DNA of 64,000 bases from a phage. Below, in pieces: positions 1 to 17,711 of the stretch. Both the position numbers and the translations under genes were made by a program. Below the pieces are notes generated by a model. That model was not told where the DNA came from, searched no databases, and saw only the letters and a list, made by a program, of their open reading frames with translations. Numbering within the stretch: position 1 is the first letter of the stretch; every line of letters starts with the position of its first letter. The DNA lies in NCBI GenBank assembly GCA_014435945.1, contig GCA_014435945.1_4088.1, one strand, 5' to 3'.

Positions 1-2385
<2,385 letters not shown>

Positions 2386-2462
2386 AATCTTATTGTTATT
2401 TTTATAAAGTATTTACCCAAATTTACGTTTTTTTGATAGTTTATATGGAGTTAAAGTAATAA

Positions 2463-3771
<1,309 letters not shown>

Positions 3772-3793
3772 AGTGTAATAATCAGTCGAGGGA

Positions 3794-5137
3794 ATGATGA
3801 GTAAAATCAAGCTTACGGATAAGCAACAAGAAATTTTTGATAATTTTGTAGATCGTGTTTATAATTATGCAGGTAAAACTATATCTGTACTGTCAGCACC
3901 AGCGGGTACAGGTAAAACTTTCACTACTGCTGAGATTGTTAAAGCACTATGTAAAAATTACAATATTGCAGTAACATCGCCAACACACAAGGCAAACTCT
4001 GTTATTCGCAATATGCTAATCAACAATGCTGGGTTAACTAAAGAAGATGCACAGGTTAGTACTATTCACTCATTTCTAGGTTTAAAACTAGTATATGAAA
4101 AGAATCGTCAAGTACTGAAGCATGACCCACAAAGTAAAGTTAGTAATACTAATGTTGATATTCTAATTGTCGATGAATGTAGTATGATTTCAGAAGAACT
4201 GTTTCAACACATTCAGGATCAATTGTGGCGTGTTCGCCGAGCGGTTTTATTCATCGGTGATCGCTGTCAGTTGCCTCCAGTTGAATCAGAAGGAACAATA
4301 GGAGAAACTAAGCTTTCCCCTACTTTTGATGTTCCAGTACAATATGAATTAACAGAAGTTTTACGTCAAGCGTTGGATAACCCTATACTTGCAATTGCAA
4401 CTGCAATTCGTGAGTGCATAGGTACTTCCAAGAACCCGTTTGATATTATGCACCAGACACATGGTTTGAGTACTATTACACCAATTGAAGATGAAGATCT
4501 TTTCTTGGAAGTTTACCGTGAATTTATTATGGAGAACAAAGGTTCAGCTAAGAAGATATTTGATTTTGTTAATGAAAATAAAATTTTGGCATACACTAAC
4601 TACCGTGTGAACTTGGCTAACATCTACATTCGTAGCCAATTGTTTGAAGTACCAGAGGAATTCACAAAAGGTGAACCGATTGTATTTGAAAGTATCACTG
4701 AGAACAGTCCATATGTGGTCCAGCAAATCATCCAATGTCCTGATGTGAAAACCGAAAGTTTCATGGGTATTGATTGTTGGCAATTCCGTTTACCAAATGG
4801 TAGCTACATCTTAGGTGTAGGGCCAGAAACGAGAATTGCAATGGAAACTAAACTTGATGAACTAGTTAAAAACATTGAGAAAAAAGAAATCAACCCATTG
4901 ACAAAGAAACCATATATGTGGCAAGATTACTATGTGATTAAAAACAAATTACATATTATCAACTATCCTTATGCAACAACTGTTCACAAATCACAAGGAA
5001 GTACATTCGATAACATCTGGTTTGATACTGATTTTATTGAGCGTATTGGCACTAATGATACAAAATGTAGAATCCTATATACTGCAATGACACGACCGCG
5101 TTATAATGTTATGTTGCGTCAAAATGCACGATTCTAA
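3794..5137 (+). CDS. dda: Dda-like SF1 DNA helicase
   Basis: Walker A SAPAGTGKT, DECSM motif, HKSQGSTFD and MTRPRY motifs as in T4 Dda/RecD-like helicases. Confidence 0.85.
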   Translation: MMSKIKLTDKQQEIFDNFVDRVYNYAGKTISVLSAPAGTGKTFTTAEIVKALCKNYNIAVTSPTHKANSVIRNMLINNAGLTKEDAQVSTIHSFLGLKLVYEKNRQVLKHDPQSKVSNTNVDILIVDECSMISEELFQHIQDQLWRVRRAVLFIGDRCQLPPVESEGTIGETKLSPTFDVPVQYELTEVLRQALDNPILAIATAIRECIGTSKNPFDIMHQTHGLSTITPIEDEDLFLEVYREFIMENKGSAKKIFDFVNENKILAYTNYRVNLANIYIRSQLFEVPEEFTKGEPIVFESITENSPYVVQQIIQCPDVKTESFMGIDCWQFRLPNGSYILGVGPETRIAMETKLDELVKNIEKKEINPLTKKPYMWQDYYVIKNKLHIINYPYATTVHKSQGSTFDNIWFDTDFIERIGTNDTKCRILYTAMTRPRYNVMLRQNARF

Positions 5138-5220
5138 TAGACTAAATGATATACACAAATAATTTTGATTCTTAACAATAAATAATCAAAAGTGTTTTGT
5201 ATTATGGAGAAGAATATACA

Positions 5221-5787
5221 ATGAACAATTTACTACAAGTATTCAAAATTGAAGTTGCAGGGACAAATCTAGATAATATTCCTTATTATATGTATGAAGA
5301 TTATGATTCATCTTCCCCAACAACTGCACCAACCGACCAACAAACAATTGACAAGTCTGTAGCACTACTACGTTACCTACAGGTTACACGTCTACTATCA
5401 ACTTATTCTGTCCCAGTGTATTGTACTGTTGAATTTGCTACCCCAGGCACAGCAGCAACTATTCCAACTGGTGCAACCATCAATGTTGGTTATATCAGCT
5501 ACGAGCCATTCCTAAGCACTCTAAGTGTTGAAGAACAAGCTGCACTAACCACTGTTGATCTTAAAACTGCTAAAGCAGCAGAAGTTATTCAAGAGTTGCT
5601 AAACGAATCCCTAAAAGGTGACGGTACTAACGCAATTGAGAATGAAGAAATTTCTGTACAGAAAACAATCCAACGTGATAAAGATGCACTATCTACCACC
5701 ACTGTTGATTTCATTGAGTACGAGAATGTGTACCTAAACGTACCTTCTATTACTGATGCTTCTGTAGTTTCTTACGTAAAATTATAA
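5221..5787 (+). CDS. hypothetical protein
   Basis: ORF with SD-like GGAGAA upstream of ATG 5221; ORF track 5197..5787. Confidence 0.5.
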   Translation: MNNLLQVFKIEVAGTNLDNIPYYMYEDYDSSSPTTAPTDQQTIDKSVALLRYLQVTRLLSTYSVPVYCTVEFATPGTAATIPTGATINVGYISYEPFLSTLSVEEQAALTTVDLKTAKAAEVIQELLNESLKGDGTNAIENEEISVQKTIQRDKDALSTTTVDFIEYENVYLNVPSITDASVVSYVKL

Positions 5788-5810
5788 TTTAACCACATGG
5801 AGTTCTTGAC

Positions 5811-6005
5811 ATGACTGACAAAACCTTTTATGATCGTATTATTGAAGACAAGGGTGTTTTCGATAAAGTTGTTTATGACTTAGAACTTATGATCAAAGAC
5901 GCACCAAATCCACGCGTGCGTACTCAAGCAGAGTTTGCTAAAACTTATCTAGTGCAAGTTCAAGCAATCTGTGAAGCAATTAAAAAACATAATGATAGTG
6001 CTTGA
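5811..6005 (+). CDS. hypothetical protein
   Basis: 64-aa ORF. Confidence 0.4.
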   Translation: MTDKTFYDRIIEDKGVFDKVVYDLELMIKDAPNPRVRTQAEFAKTYLVQVQAICEAIKKHNDSA

Positions 6006-6030
6006 CAGAACATTAGTTCTTAACTATAAT
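6002..6030 (+). promoter_or_regulatory. sigma70-type promoter
   Basis: TTGACA-N17-TATAAT. Confidence 0.55.
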
Positions 6031-6074
6031 TACTATCGAATTGAACATTAAAACCATATCGGAGCTTTTATTAC

Positions 6075-7137
<1,063 letters not shown>

Positions 7138-7156
7138 CAGTATATAACCTAAAAAA

Positions 7157-9317
<2,161 letters not shown>

Positions 9318-9318
<1 letters not shown>

Positions 9319-10112
9319 TGCCAAGTAAAAGTAAAAGCCAAGCGAAATTCTTCGCTGCTGCTGCCCATAATCCTGAATTCGCCAAAAAAGCAGGGATTTC
9401 ACAAAGTGCAGCTAAAGAGTGGAATGCCGCCGACGAAAAAGCGGGAAATCTTAAGAAAGGTTCAAAACTCCCTAATAAGGTAAAAGAATCTAGTATGCGT
9501 GGTTTGGTTGATATTGTACAAGATGCAGAATTAGCTGATACAGAAGACAGAACTAGTGATATAATGGATTCATGTGAAGAAGAACATAAAGAGAAATTGG
9601 AAGAAATGCCACAACGTTTCGATAGTTTCCAAGGCCAAGACCGTGATGAGTTCGTTGATAAAACTGCCGAGATGACAGGTAAGCACAACATGGTCAAGTT
9701 CGCAGAACACAAAGATTATGATGTGTTTATGAATAAGAATGGTACTGGGTTTATTGCATATGATAAGGCTGGTAAACAGCTTGCTATCGTTAGTGGACAT
9801 TTGTCTAATGATGCGGTGGTAGGTGTACCACAAGTGTTTGAGATTGCTGCTACGGCCTCCAAAACTGGTACTAAAGGTATCATCTATAATATCTTTATGG
9901 ATATGGTTGCTCATGGTATTAAAGTACTAAGCGACAGTCTTCACACTGATGATGCAATTAAATTCTGGACCCGTTTGATTGGTTCACACCAAGTCTACAT
10001 TGTTGGTGGTGGTGAAGTACTGGCTAAGGCTAGTCCAGAGAAGGTTCACAAGTACTGGAGTGATGATGAATTTAGTCCTAGTGCTGAATTACAATTACTT
10101 CTGGTAAAATAA
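9318..10112 (+). CDS. hypothetical protein
   Basis: 264-aa ORF, ATGA-coupled to upstream gene. Confidence 0.55.
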
Positions 10113-10118
10113 TAATTG

Positions 10119-10150
10119 TCGGGGCATTTAATGTCCCGATATTTTTTTTT
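10119..10150 (+). terminator. intrinsic terminator
   Basis: short GC stem followed by T9. Confidence 0.5.
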
Positions 10151-10213
10151 GAGACAAACAAAGCATTGATGATACAATGTTGCATGACAAAGAGACATTA
10201 AAAAGGAATTCAA

Positions 10214-12178
10214 ATGGCTAAGAAAGAAAGTGCTGTTCTTCAGGAACATGATGTACAACGTCTAAACGATTATCAACATGCTCGCTTGCGTACTGAGATG
10301 TATCTGGGTTCACGTTCTGTTCACGAAAGTCAAGTACTGATCTTTGGTGAGTCTGGATATGAAGTTAAAAACGTTGAGTGGGTTCCTGCAATTCTAACTG
10401 CTACTCGTGAAATTATCGATAACAGCTTAGATGAATTTAAAAAAGCTGGTACAAAAGAGCCAGTACTCAAAGTTGATTTCAATGAAGAAGAGTTATCCTT
10501 TGAGATTAGTGATAATGGTCGTGGTATTCCAATTGACTATGTTCCTGAGTATCAGAAAAACCTATGTACAATGGTAATGACTGAAACTAAAACTGGTCGT
10601 AACTTTGATGATTCGAAGCGTGATGAAACAATCGGTCAGAATGGGTTGGGTGGTTCAGTTGCAATGATTGTAAGTTCTAAAGCTGAACTTGAAATACATC
10701 GCCAAGGTCGCCCGTATAAAACACAAAGTAGCAATGACGGATATGACGGTTTTTATAAGTTCAATCAGAAGTTCGAAGAAGGAACTATTATGTTTCCTGA
10801 ACTTCATGTACATGAACCAACTATTCGTAAGGTTCAAGCAGATAAGACTGGAACAACAATTCGCTTCACTTTGAGTTCAGAGGTATTTCCGAACCGTAAA
10901 CTACCAACCGAATTGCTATACAGTATTTTGAAAGAAATGTCTGCTGCTAACCCTACCTATAAGATTTTCCTTAACGGTAAGCGTATTGCAATTAAAGGAA
11001 CTACCGAAAAAGCACTATTCAACGCATCTAAACTGATGCAATTGAACGTTAAAGATGAATCATTCAACTTTAACAGTACTTTCTACATTGTTCCTAATGC
11101 AGTATCGGGTATGAACAATAACTTCCATATGCATGGTTTGGTTAACAATGCCCCAGCATTTGATGGTGGTACACATCTTGATACATTCAAGAAATTCTTC
11201 TCATTAGGAGTAGGAACTGCTCTAGAGAAAGAATCAAAGAAACGTAAGATGAAACCTAACCGTTCTGATATTGAAGAAGGTCTGTTGATTTATAACGTAA
11301 CAACGATGAAAGCACCATCATTCAACTCACAGATTAAATCAAAACTAACCAACGAAAACGTTATTCGTCCAATTCAACAAGCGATGAATTCCGAGTGGTT
11401 TGATGAATTAGTCAAGAAGAACAAAGAGTGGATTGATGAGATTTTTGAACGCTGTGCTGCTCGTACAAACAAGAAAGATGCAGAAGAAGATCGTCGCCTA
11501 GCCAAGAAACTACTGAAAGGTAAAGTTGCAAAACTACTTGACAGTACAGGTACAGATCGTTCCAAATGTATCCTACTAATTGCTGAGGGTGATTCTGCTA
11601 TTTCCAACATGGCGAGTGCTCGTGATCCTAAAGTTCATGGTATTCTACCATTGCGTGGTAAAATTATGAACGTCAGTGGTAATGAGAAAACCAAAGAATT
11701 AATGGATTCAATGGCATTGCATGATATAATGGCGAGTATCAACCTGATTCCTGGTGTAAAAGCGGAAAGAGCAGACCTTAACTATGGTAAGCTTTATATC
11801 TGTGCCGATGAAGATGAGGATGGAAAGAACATTGGTGCTTTAGTATGTAACTTCCTATACAAATTCTGGCCTGAACTATTCCAAGACCCAGAGAATCCAT
11901 TTGTGTATATATTCAAAACACCATTCATCATTCTAGAGAAAGGTAAGGAATCCAAGTACTACTATGGTCATGATGTACATGAATACAACCCAGATGATTG
12001 GAAAGGTTGGAAAGCAACCCGTGCGAAAGGATTGGGTACGTTAGAAAAAGCAAACTTCCGTGATGCATTCACTAACAGTGTTGCAGTAGCGATTACAGAT
12101 GATGGTCGCCTTGGTGAAACTCTTGATTTGATTTTCAACAAGAAACGTGCTGATGATCGTAAGAACTGGATGGAATAA
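10214..12178 (+). CDS. DNA topoisomerase II large subunit (GyrB-like ATPase plus Toprim; T4 gp39/gp60-like, fused)
   Basis: GHKL ATPase motifs (EIIDNSLDE, SDNGRGIP, GLGGS), Toprim LLIAEGDSA, C-terminal gp60-like extension. Confidence 0.85.
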   Translation: MAKKESAVLQEHDVQRLNDYQHARLRTEMYLGSRSVHESQVLIFGESGYEVKNVEWVPAILTATREIIDNSLDEFKKAGTKEPVLKVDFNEEELSFEISDNGRGIPIDYVPEYQKNLCTMVMTETKTGRNFDDSKRDETIGQNGLGGSVAMIVSSKAELEIHRQGRPYKTQSSNDGYDGFYKFNQKFEEGTIMFPELHVHEPTIRKVQADKTGTTIRFTLSSEVFPNRKLPTELLYSILKEMSAANPTYKIFLNGKRIAIKGTTEKALFNASKLMQLNVKDESFNFNSTFYIVPNAVSGMNNNFHMHGLVNNAPAFDGGTHLDTFKKFFSLGVGTALEKESKKRKMKPNRSDIEEGLLIYNVTTMKAPSFNSQIKSKLTNENVIRPIQQAMNSEWFDELVKKNKEWIDEIFERCAARTNKKDAEEDRRLAKKLLKGKVAKLLDSTGTDRSKCILLIAEGDSAISNMASARDPKVHGILPLRGKIMNVSGNEKTKELMDSMALHDIMASINLIPGVKAERADLNYGKLYICADEDEDGKNIGALVCNFLYKFWPELFQDPENPFVYIFKTPFIILEKGKESKYYYGHDVHEYNPDDWKGWKATRAKGLGTLEKANFRDAFTNSVAVAITDDGRLGETLDLIFNKKRADDRKNWME

Positions 12179-12189
12179 TATAGATTAAT

Positions 12190-12212
12190 GGGGAACATGG
12201 TGTTCCCCTTTT
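12190..12212 (+). terminator. intrinsic terminator
   Basis: GGGGAACA / TGTTCCCC then TTTT. Confidence 0.6.
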
Positions 12213-12228
12213 ACAAAGAGACAATGGA

Positions 12229-13641
12229 ATGGCTAAAAGTAAAAAAACCGAAAATCAAAGCATCGATAACCAAACACTAACTCTACTAGATTATAACAGT
12301 TCTGATTATGTGAATACCACATCACTAGAATATTCAATGTACACACTAGACCGTGCAATCCCTGGGATTGATGGCCTTAAGAGTTCACAGCGTAAAGCAA
12401 TCTTCACCCTCTCAAAAGTTAGTGGTGAAATCAAAACTGTATCATGTGCTGGTAAAATGATTAGTGATGGTATCTATCTACACGGTGATACATCTGCATC
12501 TGGTACTCTTCAGAACCTAGCATCACCAGTCGTAAACAACTACCCACTCATTGGTAAACGTGGTGGTTTTGGTACACAAGTAAACAGTACTCCAGCTTCT
12601 GCTCGTTATACTTATGTTAAAAAGAATAAAAGTACTGAAATGTTAGTACTGCGTGACTCTGACATTATTCCAATGAAAGAGAACTATGATGGTACTACAA
12701 TGGAACCAAGTTTCTTTTTACCTATTATCCCACTATCTTTGTTTGGTAACGATAGTATGTCAGTAGGTTATAAGAGTACAATTCTACCACATAAGATTGA
12801 AGATGTTATTGATAACTGTATTCGTGCTATTGATAAAAAACCATTAAAAGAAATGACTCCATACTATGTTTCATGTGGTGCAAGTGATATCGTAACTAAG
12901 CTTGATGAAAACAAATATGAGTTCTATGGTAAAGCACAAGTAATTGATGCCAGTACTGTTAAAGTAACAGGTCTACCACCTAACTACAGTATTGAGAAAT
13001 TCATCGAGAAACTCATTAAGATGAGCGATGATGGTGATATTCGTGATTATGATAATGATAGTACTGATGTTATTGATATTACAATCAAATTACCACGCGG
13101 AACATCTGCTAAATGGGTGGAGAAAGATGTAATTGAATACTTTGGCATTCATAAGAAGATGACACAAATCCTAACTGTTCTAGGTGAGAATGGTAAGGTT
13201 AAAGTCTATGATAACACAATGGATTTGATTAAGGACTTTGTTGAATTCCGTTTCAAATACTATGTGAAACGCTATGAGAAGAAACTTGATGATTGTGCTG
13301 CTGAAGTACGTTATAAGATTCTAATCAAAGAATGTTTTGATAATGATATGATTGCTAAGGTTAAGGGTTTTGCTAACCGTTCAGAAATGGTTGAGTTTGT
13401 TAAATCATTAAACACTGAAATCGAAGCAACCGATGAGAATATTCAAAGCATCGTAAACTTCCCATCATATCGTTGGACCCAAGACAATTATCAATCAGTA
13501 CTAGCTGATATTCAACATAACTTGGATTTAATGGATGAATATAACAATCTCCTGTCGAATCATGATTTGATTTGGAACATCTATAAAGATGAGTTGAAAG
13601 AACTACGTAAGATTGACTTCACGCCAAAAACTGAAGATTGA
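12229..13641 (+). CDS. DNA topoisomerase II medium subunit (GyrA-like; T4 gp52-like)
   Basis: YSMYTLDRAIPGIDGLKSSQRK breakage-reunion motif. Confidence 0.8.
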   Translation: MAKSKKTENQSIDNQTLTLLDYNSSDYVNTTSLEYSMYTLDRAIPGIDGLKSSQRKAIFTLSKVSGEIKTVSCAGKMISDGIYLHGDTSASGTLQNLASPVVNNYPLIGKRGGFGTQVNSTPASARYTYVKKNKSTEMLVLRDSDIIPMKENYDGTTMEPSFFLPIIPLSLFGNDSMSVGYKSTILPHKIEDVIDNCIRAIDKKPLKEMTPYYVSCGASDIVTKLDENKYEFYGKAQVIDASTVKVTGLPPNYSIEKFIEKLIKMSDDGDIRDYDNDSTDVIDITIKLPRGTSAKWVEKDVIEYFGIHKKMTQILTVLGENGKVKVYDNTMDLIKDFVEFRFKYYVKRYEKKLDDCAAEVRYKILIKECFDNDMIAKVKGFANRSEMVEFVKSLNTEIEATDENIQSIVNFPSYRWTQDNYQSVLADIQHNLDLMDEYNNLLSNHDLIWNIYKDELKELRKIDFTPKTED

Positions 13642-13651
13642 TTATAAACAG

Positions 13652-13683
13652 GGAAGACCTTTATGGGTCTTCCTTGTCCTTTA
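13652..13683 (+). terminator. intrinsic terminator
   Basis: GGAAGACC / GGTCTTCC hairpin, weak T-run. Confidence 0.45.
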
Positions 13684-13729
13684 TATAAATAATCTATAGA
13701 TAATGGTAGCTTGGCTATGGAGAATTATA

Positions 13730-16126
13730 ATGACAACTTTTACCCCTAGATGGGATATAAAAGCCGATGCTCGATATATACAAGAAGGACAAGACATTCT
13801 TGTGCGTTTGAGTATCAACAAAGAAACCACAACGGATGATAGTTATATACTTAATGAAAACGAATACTTAGAGATGATTCTAACTATTCAGGGTTTGGAC
13901 AGTTCTGATGCAGTATTTCAACCAGAAGATCACTACGCAGTGTATGTTGGAAATGATGAATCTAATCTCACACCTATATCATCAGGTATTACTGGTAACA
14001 AGTTGATTAATGGTAAGCACAAATGTAAAATTGATAAAACTCAATTTGATCTATCGGCAAGCACTAATACCGAAGATGTTTATTTTATTAAATTGCATTG
14101 TAAAGATGATGGTACATTTAACAACTCTGAACAGATTAACTTTTATCTTCAAGCAGTAAATGTTATGTACTATGGTAACATTTCCCCTAGTGGTGAAATT
14201 GGTTCAAATGAAGTAACAATTGAATATGATAGTCAGGAAGTGTGGGTTACTCCTGGAATCGAAATCGGTGATGATGACAAATTATATTGTATTGGCGATA
14301 TTGAATACGGTTCCAACAGTACTTTATTTGTACAGGGATTTGGTCGCCGTCGTCCATTTATTTTAGGAACTGATACATCAACAGACCTATCTCCTAGAGT
14401 ATTTTATCCAGCGTATCGTCTACTCGATATGACCCCAGCAGAAGTTCCTGCTCGCCACATTACTGATGATTATGCAATCCTACGTCCTATTGATAATATA
14501 TGGCCTGTATTTGGTATTAATAAAGAAATTAAGGTTAATATTCAAACTAGCTCTGGGGAGTTACTAGATTCAGGATTGGTTTTCAACCCAAATGGACAAT
14601 TTCTGCAAACATTCCTATATGACTCTGATGCATGTGATGCATATTTCAAAGTTGAAATTGTTGATATTTTGAGTACATATAGTTATGACACTGACCGCTT
14701 CGCTATAAACCAACGTTTCAAAGCATATCAAATGTGGGTATGTCCAGACAATGTAGATGGTATATACGCTGATGGTGATAAACCTTTACCTAATCATTTG
14801 TATCAGTTGAAAGATAACGTTGTATATCCATATGTAATCTCTGGTGAATATGATCTAGGTGAAACAAAGCCAGTGTTTAAAAGTTCAGATTGGATTGATT
14901 TAGGATATTATGATTCAAGCTTAGGTGAGAATATTATAGGTGAAGAGAAGATGTTCCGTGTTCTAGTGAACGCAGAAGAAGGAAACTCAATAGACTTCAC
15001 AACTGATAGTGATTTAGGTAGTATTCATGTGGGTGAATATTTCGGTCACAGTACTTATCCACAAATACAAACTACCAGTACTAATCAGGTATCTTATGTA
15101 TTAGATGGTGGACCTGATGATATTCGCAAATATGGTTTGGACCTCACCGCAGATGGGTTCTTGGTCGGGACGGCATATGCAAAAAGTTTAGATTTCAGTG
15201 CAAATGATGATATAAATTTAGAATTCAACATCAAAGCATATGACACTGAAGGTGGTGTTGCGTCCAAGTTATTTAAACTTAAAATTGTACGTGGTTTTGG
15301 ACAAAACTACTTAAGTGCACATATTGTACCTTCTGTTTATTTTGAACGTGAATGGTTTAAGTGTATTAGTACACCATCATTTACAAATCAAGCTTTCCAT
15401 CGTCAATCAGATGATAGATACGGGTTACAAAAAGTACCACGTATTTTATTAAAAGAAAACTTTTTGAGTCAGAACTATACTTACACTACGTTGAGTGATA
15501 TTAAAAAAGTACTTAGGGAAAATATCATAAACCAAACTGGTGCAACTATACCTGATGGAAAATTTAGAATGGTAATGGGAAACTATAAAGTAATGTCAGC
15601 ACTTGACAACCAAGGTAACTTGCAGTATGATATATTATACCGTGAAGTTTTACCAGCAGGTTCATTGGTGTCAGTTTCTAAGAATCCAAGAAGTTACACG
15701 CAAATTGATAACGGAACACTCGGTGAAATATTTGGCTTGCGTCAAAATATTTTTGCAGCAATTGGCGAAGACACAACTAACCTTGTGAAAGACCCAACTG
15801 ATTTACAGAACCGTGGTTTGTATGTAGATGCTATACCTGGAATTTCTGATGAGATGCTAGATACTGTTCCTCGCTTCATGAATCACCCATACGAAGAAGA
15901 TGGAGTTAAAAAGAAATTCATGCCAATCATTCCAGTTGCATACTGTGCACCAGGAAAGGGTGAAGCATTCTTTAACACTTTACTTCAGAACAATGAACAT
16001 GGTAAGATGGTTGGTGTTGAGTTTGAAATCACAGGAGTTGAGTTTGGATTCTTTGCACATGAATTCGAAAACTACGTTCATGATACATTTTTGATTTCAT
16101 TACAAAACAGCAATTTAGGAGGATGA
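13730..16126 (+). CDS. large hypothetical protein
   Basis: ~800-aa ORF; a TATAAATA element about 45 nt upstream. Confidence 0.55.
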   Translation: MTTFTPRWDIKADARYIQEGQDILVRLSINKETTTDDSYILNENEYLEMILTIQGLDSSDAVFQPEDHYAVYVGNDESNLTPISSGITGNKLINGKHKCKIDKTQFDLSASTNTEDVYFIKLHCKDDGTFNNSEQINFYLQAVNVMYYGNISPSGEIGSNEVTIEYDSQEVWVTPGIEIGDDDKLYCIGDIEYGSNSTLFVQGFGRRRPFILGTDTSTDLSPRVFYPAYRLLDMTPAEVPARHITDDYAILRPIDNIWPVFGINKEIKVNIQTSSGELLDSGLVFNPNGQFLQTFLYDSDACDAYFKVEIVDILSTYSYDTDRFAINQRFKAYQMWVCPDNVDGIYADGDKPLPNHLYQLKDNVVYPYVISGEYDLGETKPVFKSSDWIDLGYYDSSLGENIIGEEKMFRVLVNAEEGNSIDFTTDSDLGSIHVGEYFGHSTYPQIQTTSTNQVSYVLDGGPDDIRKYGLDLTADGFLVGTAYAKSLDFSANDDINLEFNIKAYDTEGGVASKLFKLKIVRGFGQNYLSAHIVPSVYFEREWFKCISTPSFTNQAFHRQSDDRYGLQKVPRILLKENFLSQNYTYTTLSDIKKVLRENIINQTGATIPDGKFRMVMGNYKVMSALDNQGNLQYDILYREVLPAGSLVSVSKNPRSYTQIDNGTLGEIFGLRQNIFAAIGEDTTNLVKDPTDLQNRGLYVDAIPGISDEMLDTVPRFMNHPYEEDGVKKKFMPIIPVAYCAPGKGEAFFNTLLQNNEHGKMVGVEFEITGVEFGFFAHEFENYVHDTFLISLQNSNLGG

Positions 16127-16127
16127 T

Positions 16128-16439
16128 ATGTTCAATCCATTTTTTGATCCATCAACCATGACCGAGAAAGAGTTACAATTGAAAATTAACGAACAATCGA
16201 TGCGTATTACGTCTGCTCGTGCAGCAGGTATGAGTGATATGATTGTTGGTAACATGCAAACCGTTCTGAATCAGTGCTATGCTGAATTAGAGATTCGTCA
16301 GGGACAAAAAGAAAAAACCTCCTATGATGAACAAGACCCATGTATATTTGACATGAACTCTTACTTAACGGATAACGAAGAGGATCAGAAGAAGAAAAAT
16401 GAAAGTACAAGGAAACAGATTTATAAGTCCCAATGGTGA
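16128..16439 (+). CDS. hypothetical protein
   Basis: 103-aa ORF. Confidence 0.45.
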   Translation: MFNPFFDPSTMTEKELQLKINEQSMRITSARAAGMSDMIVGNMQTVLNQCYAELEIRQGQKEKTSYDEQDPCIFDMNSYLTDNEEDQKKKNESTRKQIYKSQW

Positions 16440-16917
16440 TGTAAAATGTAACCTTAATGCAGTCGTGTATGCAATCAACTGTGGTGCAGATATTCAGTAC
16501 TTACAGCTACAGGAGATTGATGAACCGGAACGATTGAAATTTAACGATAATTGTAAAAAATTTGGTTTAGAACAGCGTATGTTGGATTATACAATAGAAC
16601 ATGATAAAAACCATGAGCTATGGCGTTATGATCCAGTGTACGATAACATCAACTTGCGTGAGTACTTTTTACAGAAATGTACATCGGATGAAGCCCGTGA
16701 ACGTGTAATGTATGAGATTGATTTGTTTGAACATTACAACATGACTAAGCTTTTAAGATGTATGATCTGGTTAGTTGATTATATGGAAGAGCACAATATT
16801 TTTTGGGGTCTTGGGCGTGGTAGTTCAGTGGCTTCGTATTGTTTGTTCCTGATTGATTTGCATATGGTTGATTCTTTGAAGTATAAACTAGATGTAAATG
16901 AATTTTTGAAATGGTAG
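16399..16917 (+). CDS. hypothetical protein with DnaE-like GRGS motif
   Basis: WGLGRGSSVASYCLFLIDLHMVDSL resembles the G(P)GRGS..GS.VAY.L.IT..DP segment of Pol III alpha. Confidence 0.4.
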   Translation: MKVQGNRFISPNGDVKCNLNAVVYAINCGADIQYLQLQEIDEPERLKFNDNCKKFGLEQRMLDYTIEHDKNHELWRYDPVYDNINLREYFLQKCTSDEARERVMYEIDLFEHYNMTKLLRCMIWLVDYMEEHNIFWGLGRGSSVASYCLFLIDLHMVDSLKYKLDVNEFLKW

Positions 16918-16935
16918 AAAAACATGTGATATAAT
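16906..16935 (+). promoter_or_regulatory. sigma70-type promoter with extended -10
   Basis: TTGAAA-N18-TGTGATATAAT followed by inverted repeat. Confidence 0.4.
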
Positions 16936-16980
16936 GTTGTTTGAGGCGTTATATCACTCACATAGAAAAAGGATTTTTAT

Positions 16981-17325
16981 ATGTCAAAACACACAACTTA
17001 TCGTGGAACCACAATTGATATGGATATGCTAAAGTATCAAAACCAGCACCAAGTAGCACTAGGTAATGCAAACCTAAATGCTCGTGGTGATAAGATTGGT
17101 TCAGGTGGTACGGTTATTAAAACCCGTGAAGAACTAATCCAAGAAAAAGAACGTGAAATGCAAATTCCTGATTTCATTCCTGAACACCAACTTCACAGTG
17201 CTGAATATAGTACTGAAGAAGTATGGGATGATGAAAGCTTTGAAGTTCAACCACAAGAACCAGAAGTTGAAGTATCTGAAGAGAAGAAAGCTCCACGCCG
17301 AGCAAAAACTAAAGATCAGGAGTAA
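16981..17325 (+). CDS. hypothetical protein
   Basis: 114-aa ORF. Confidence 0.5.
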   Translation: MSKHTTYRGTTIDMDMLKYQNQHQVALGNANLNARGDKIGSGGTVIKTREELIQEKEREMQIPDFIPEHQLHSAEYSTEEVWDDESFEVQPQEPEVEVSEEKKAPRRAKTKDQE

Positions 17326-17328
17326 TTC

Positions 17329-17655
17329 ATGACCAATAAAGTAATGACAGCTTGTAAAGGTAAAGTTATTGTAACTGAGCTAGAACATGGTGAGCGTAAA
17401 ACCGCAGGTGGAATTGTACTGACAAGTGATGATGGTAAGATTCGTGGTATTCGTTGTCGTTGGGCTAAAGTATATTCTGTTGGTGAAGACATTACCGATA
17501 TCAAAGAAGGACAATGGATTCTAATTGACCACGGTCGTTGGTCGAGAACTATTGAGATTGATGGTATTAAAATGAATCTCGTGGATTATCCAGCAGCAGT
17601 AAGTTTGGTATCTGACACTGATCCACGCATCTCTGCTCAAACATTTGGTCGTTAA
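17329..17655 (+). CDS. GroES-like co-chaperonin (T4 gp31 analogue)
   Basis: 108 aa; GroES-like pattern with mobile-loop-like TAGGIVL and VGEDI..I..G motifs. Confidence 0.5.
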   Translation: MTNKVMTACKGKVIVTELEHGERKTAGGIVLTSDDGKIRGIRCRWAKVYSVGEDITDIKEGQWILIDHGRWSRTIEIDGIKMNLVDYPAAVSLVSDTDPRISAQTFGR

Positions 17656-17711
17656 AACATAAATCTAAAGCTCGGATATATTATCTGGGCTTTTTATTTG
17701 GATGAAAATAC

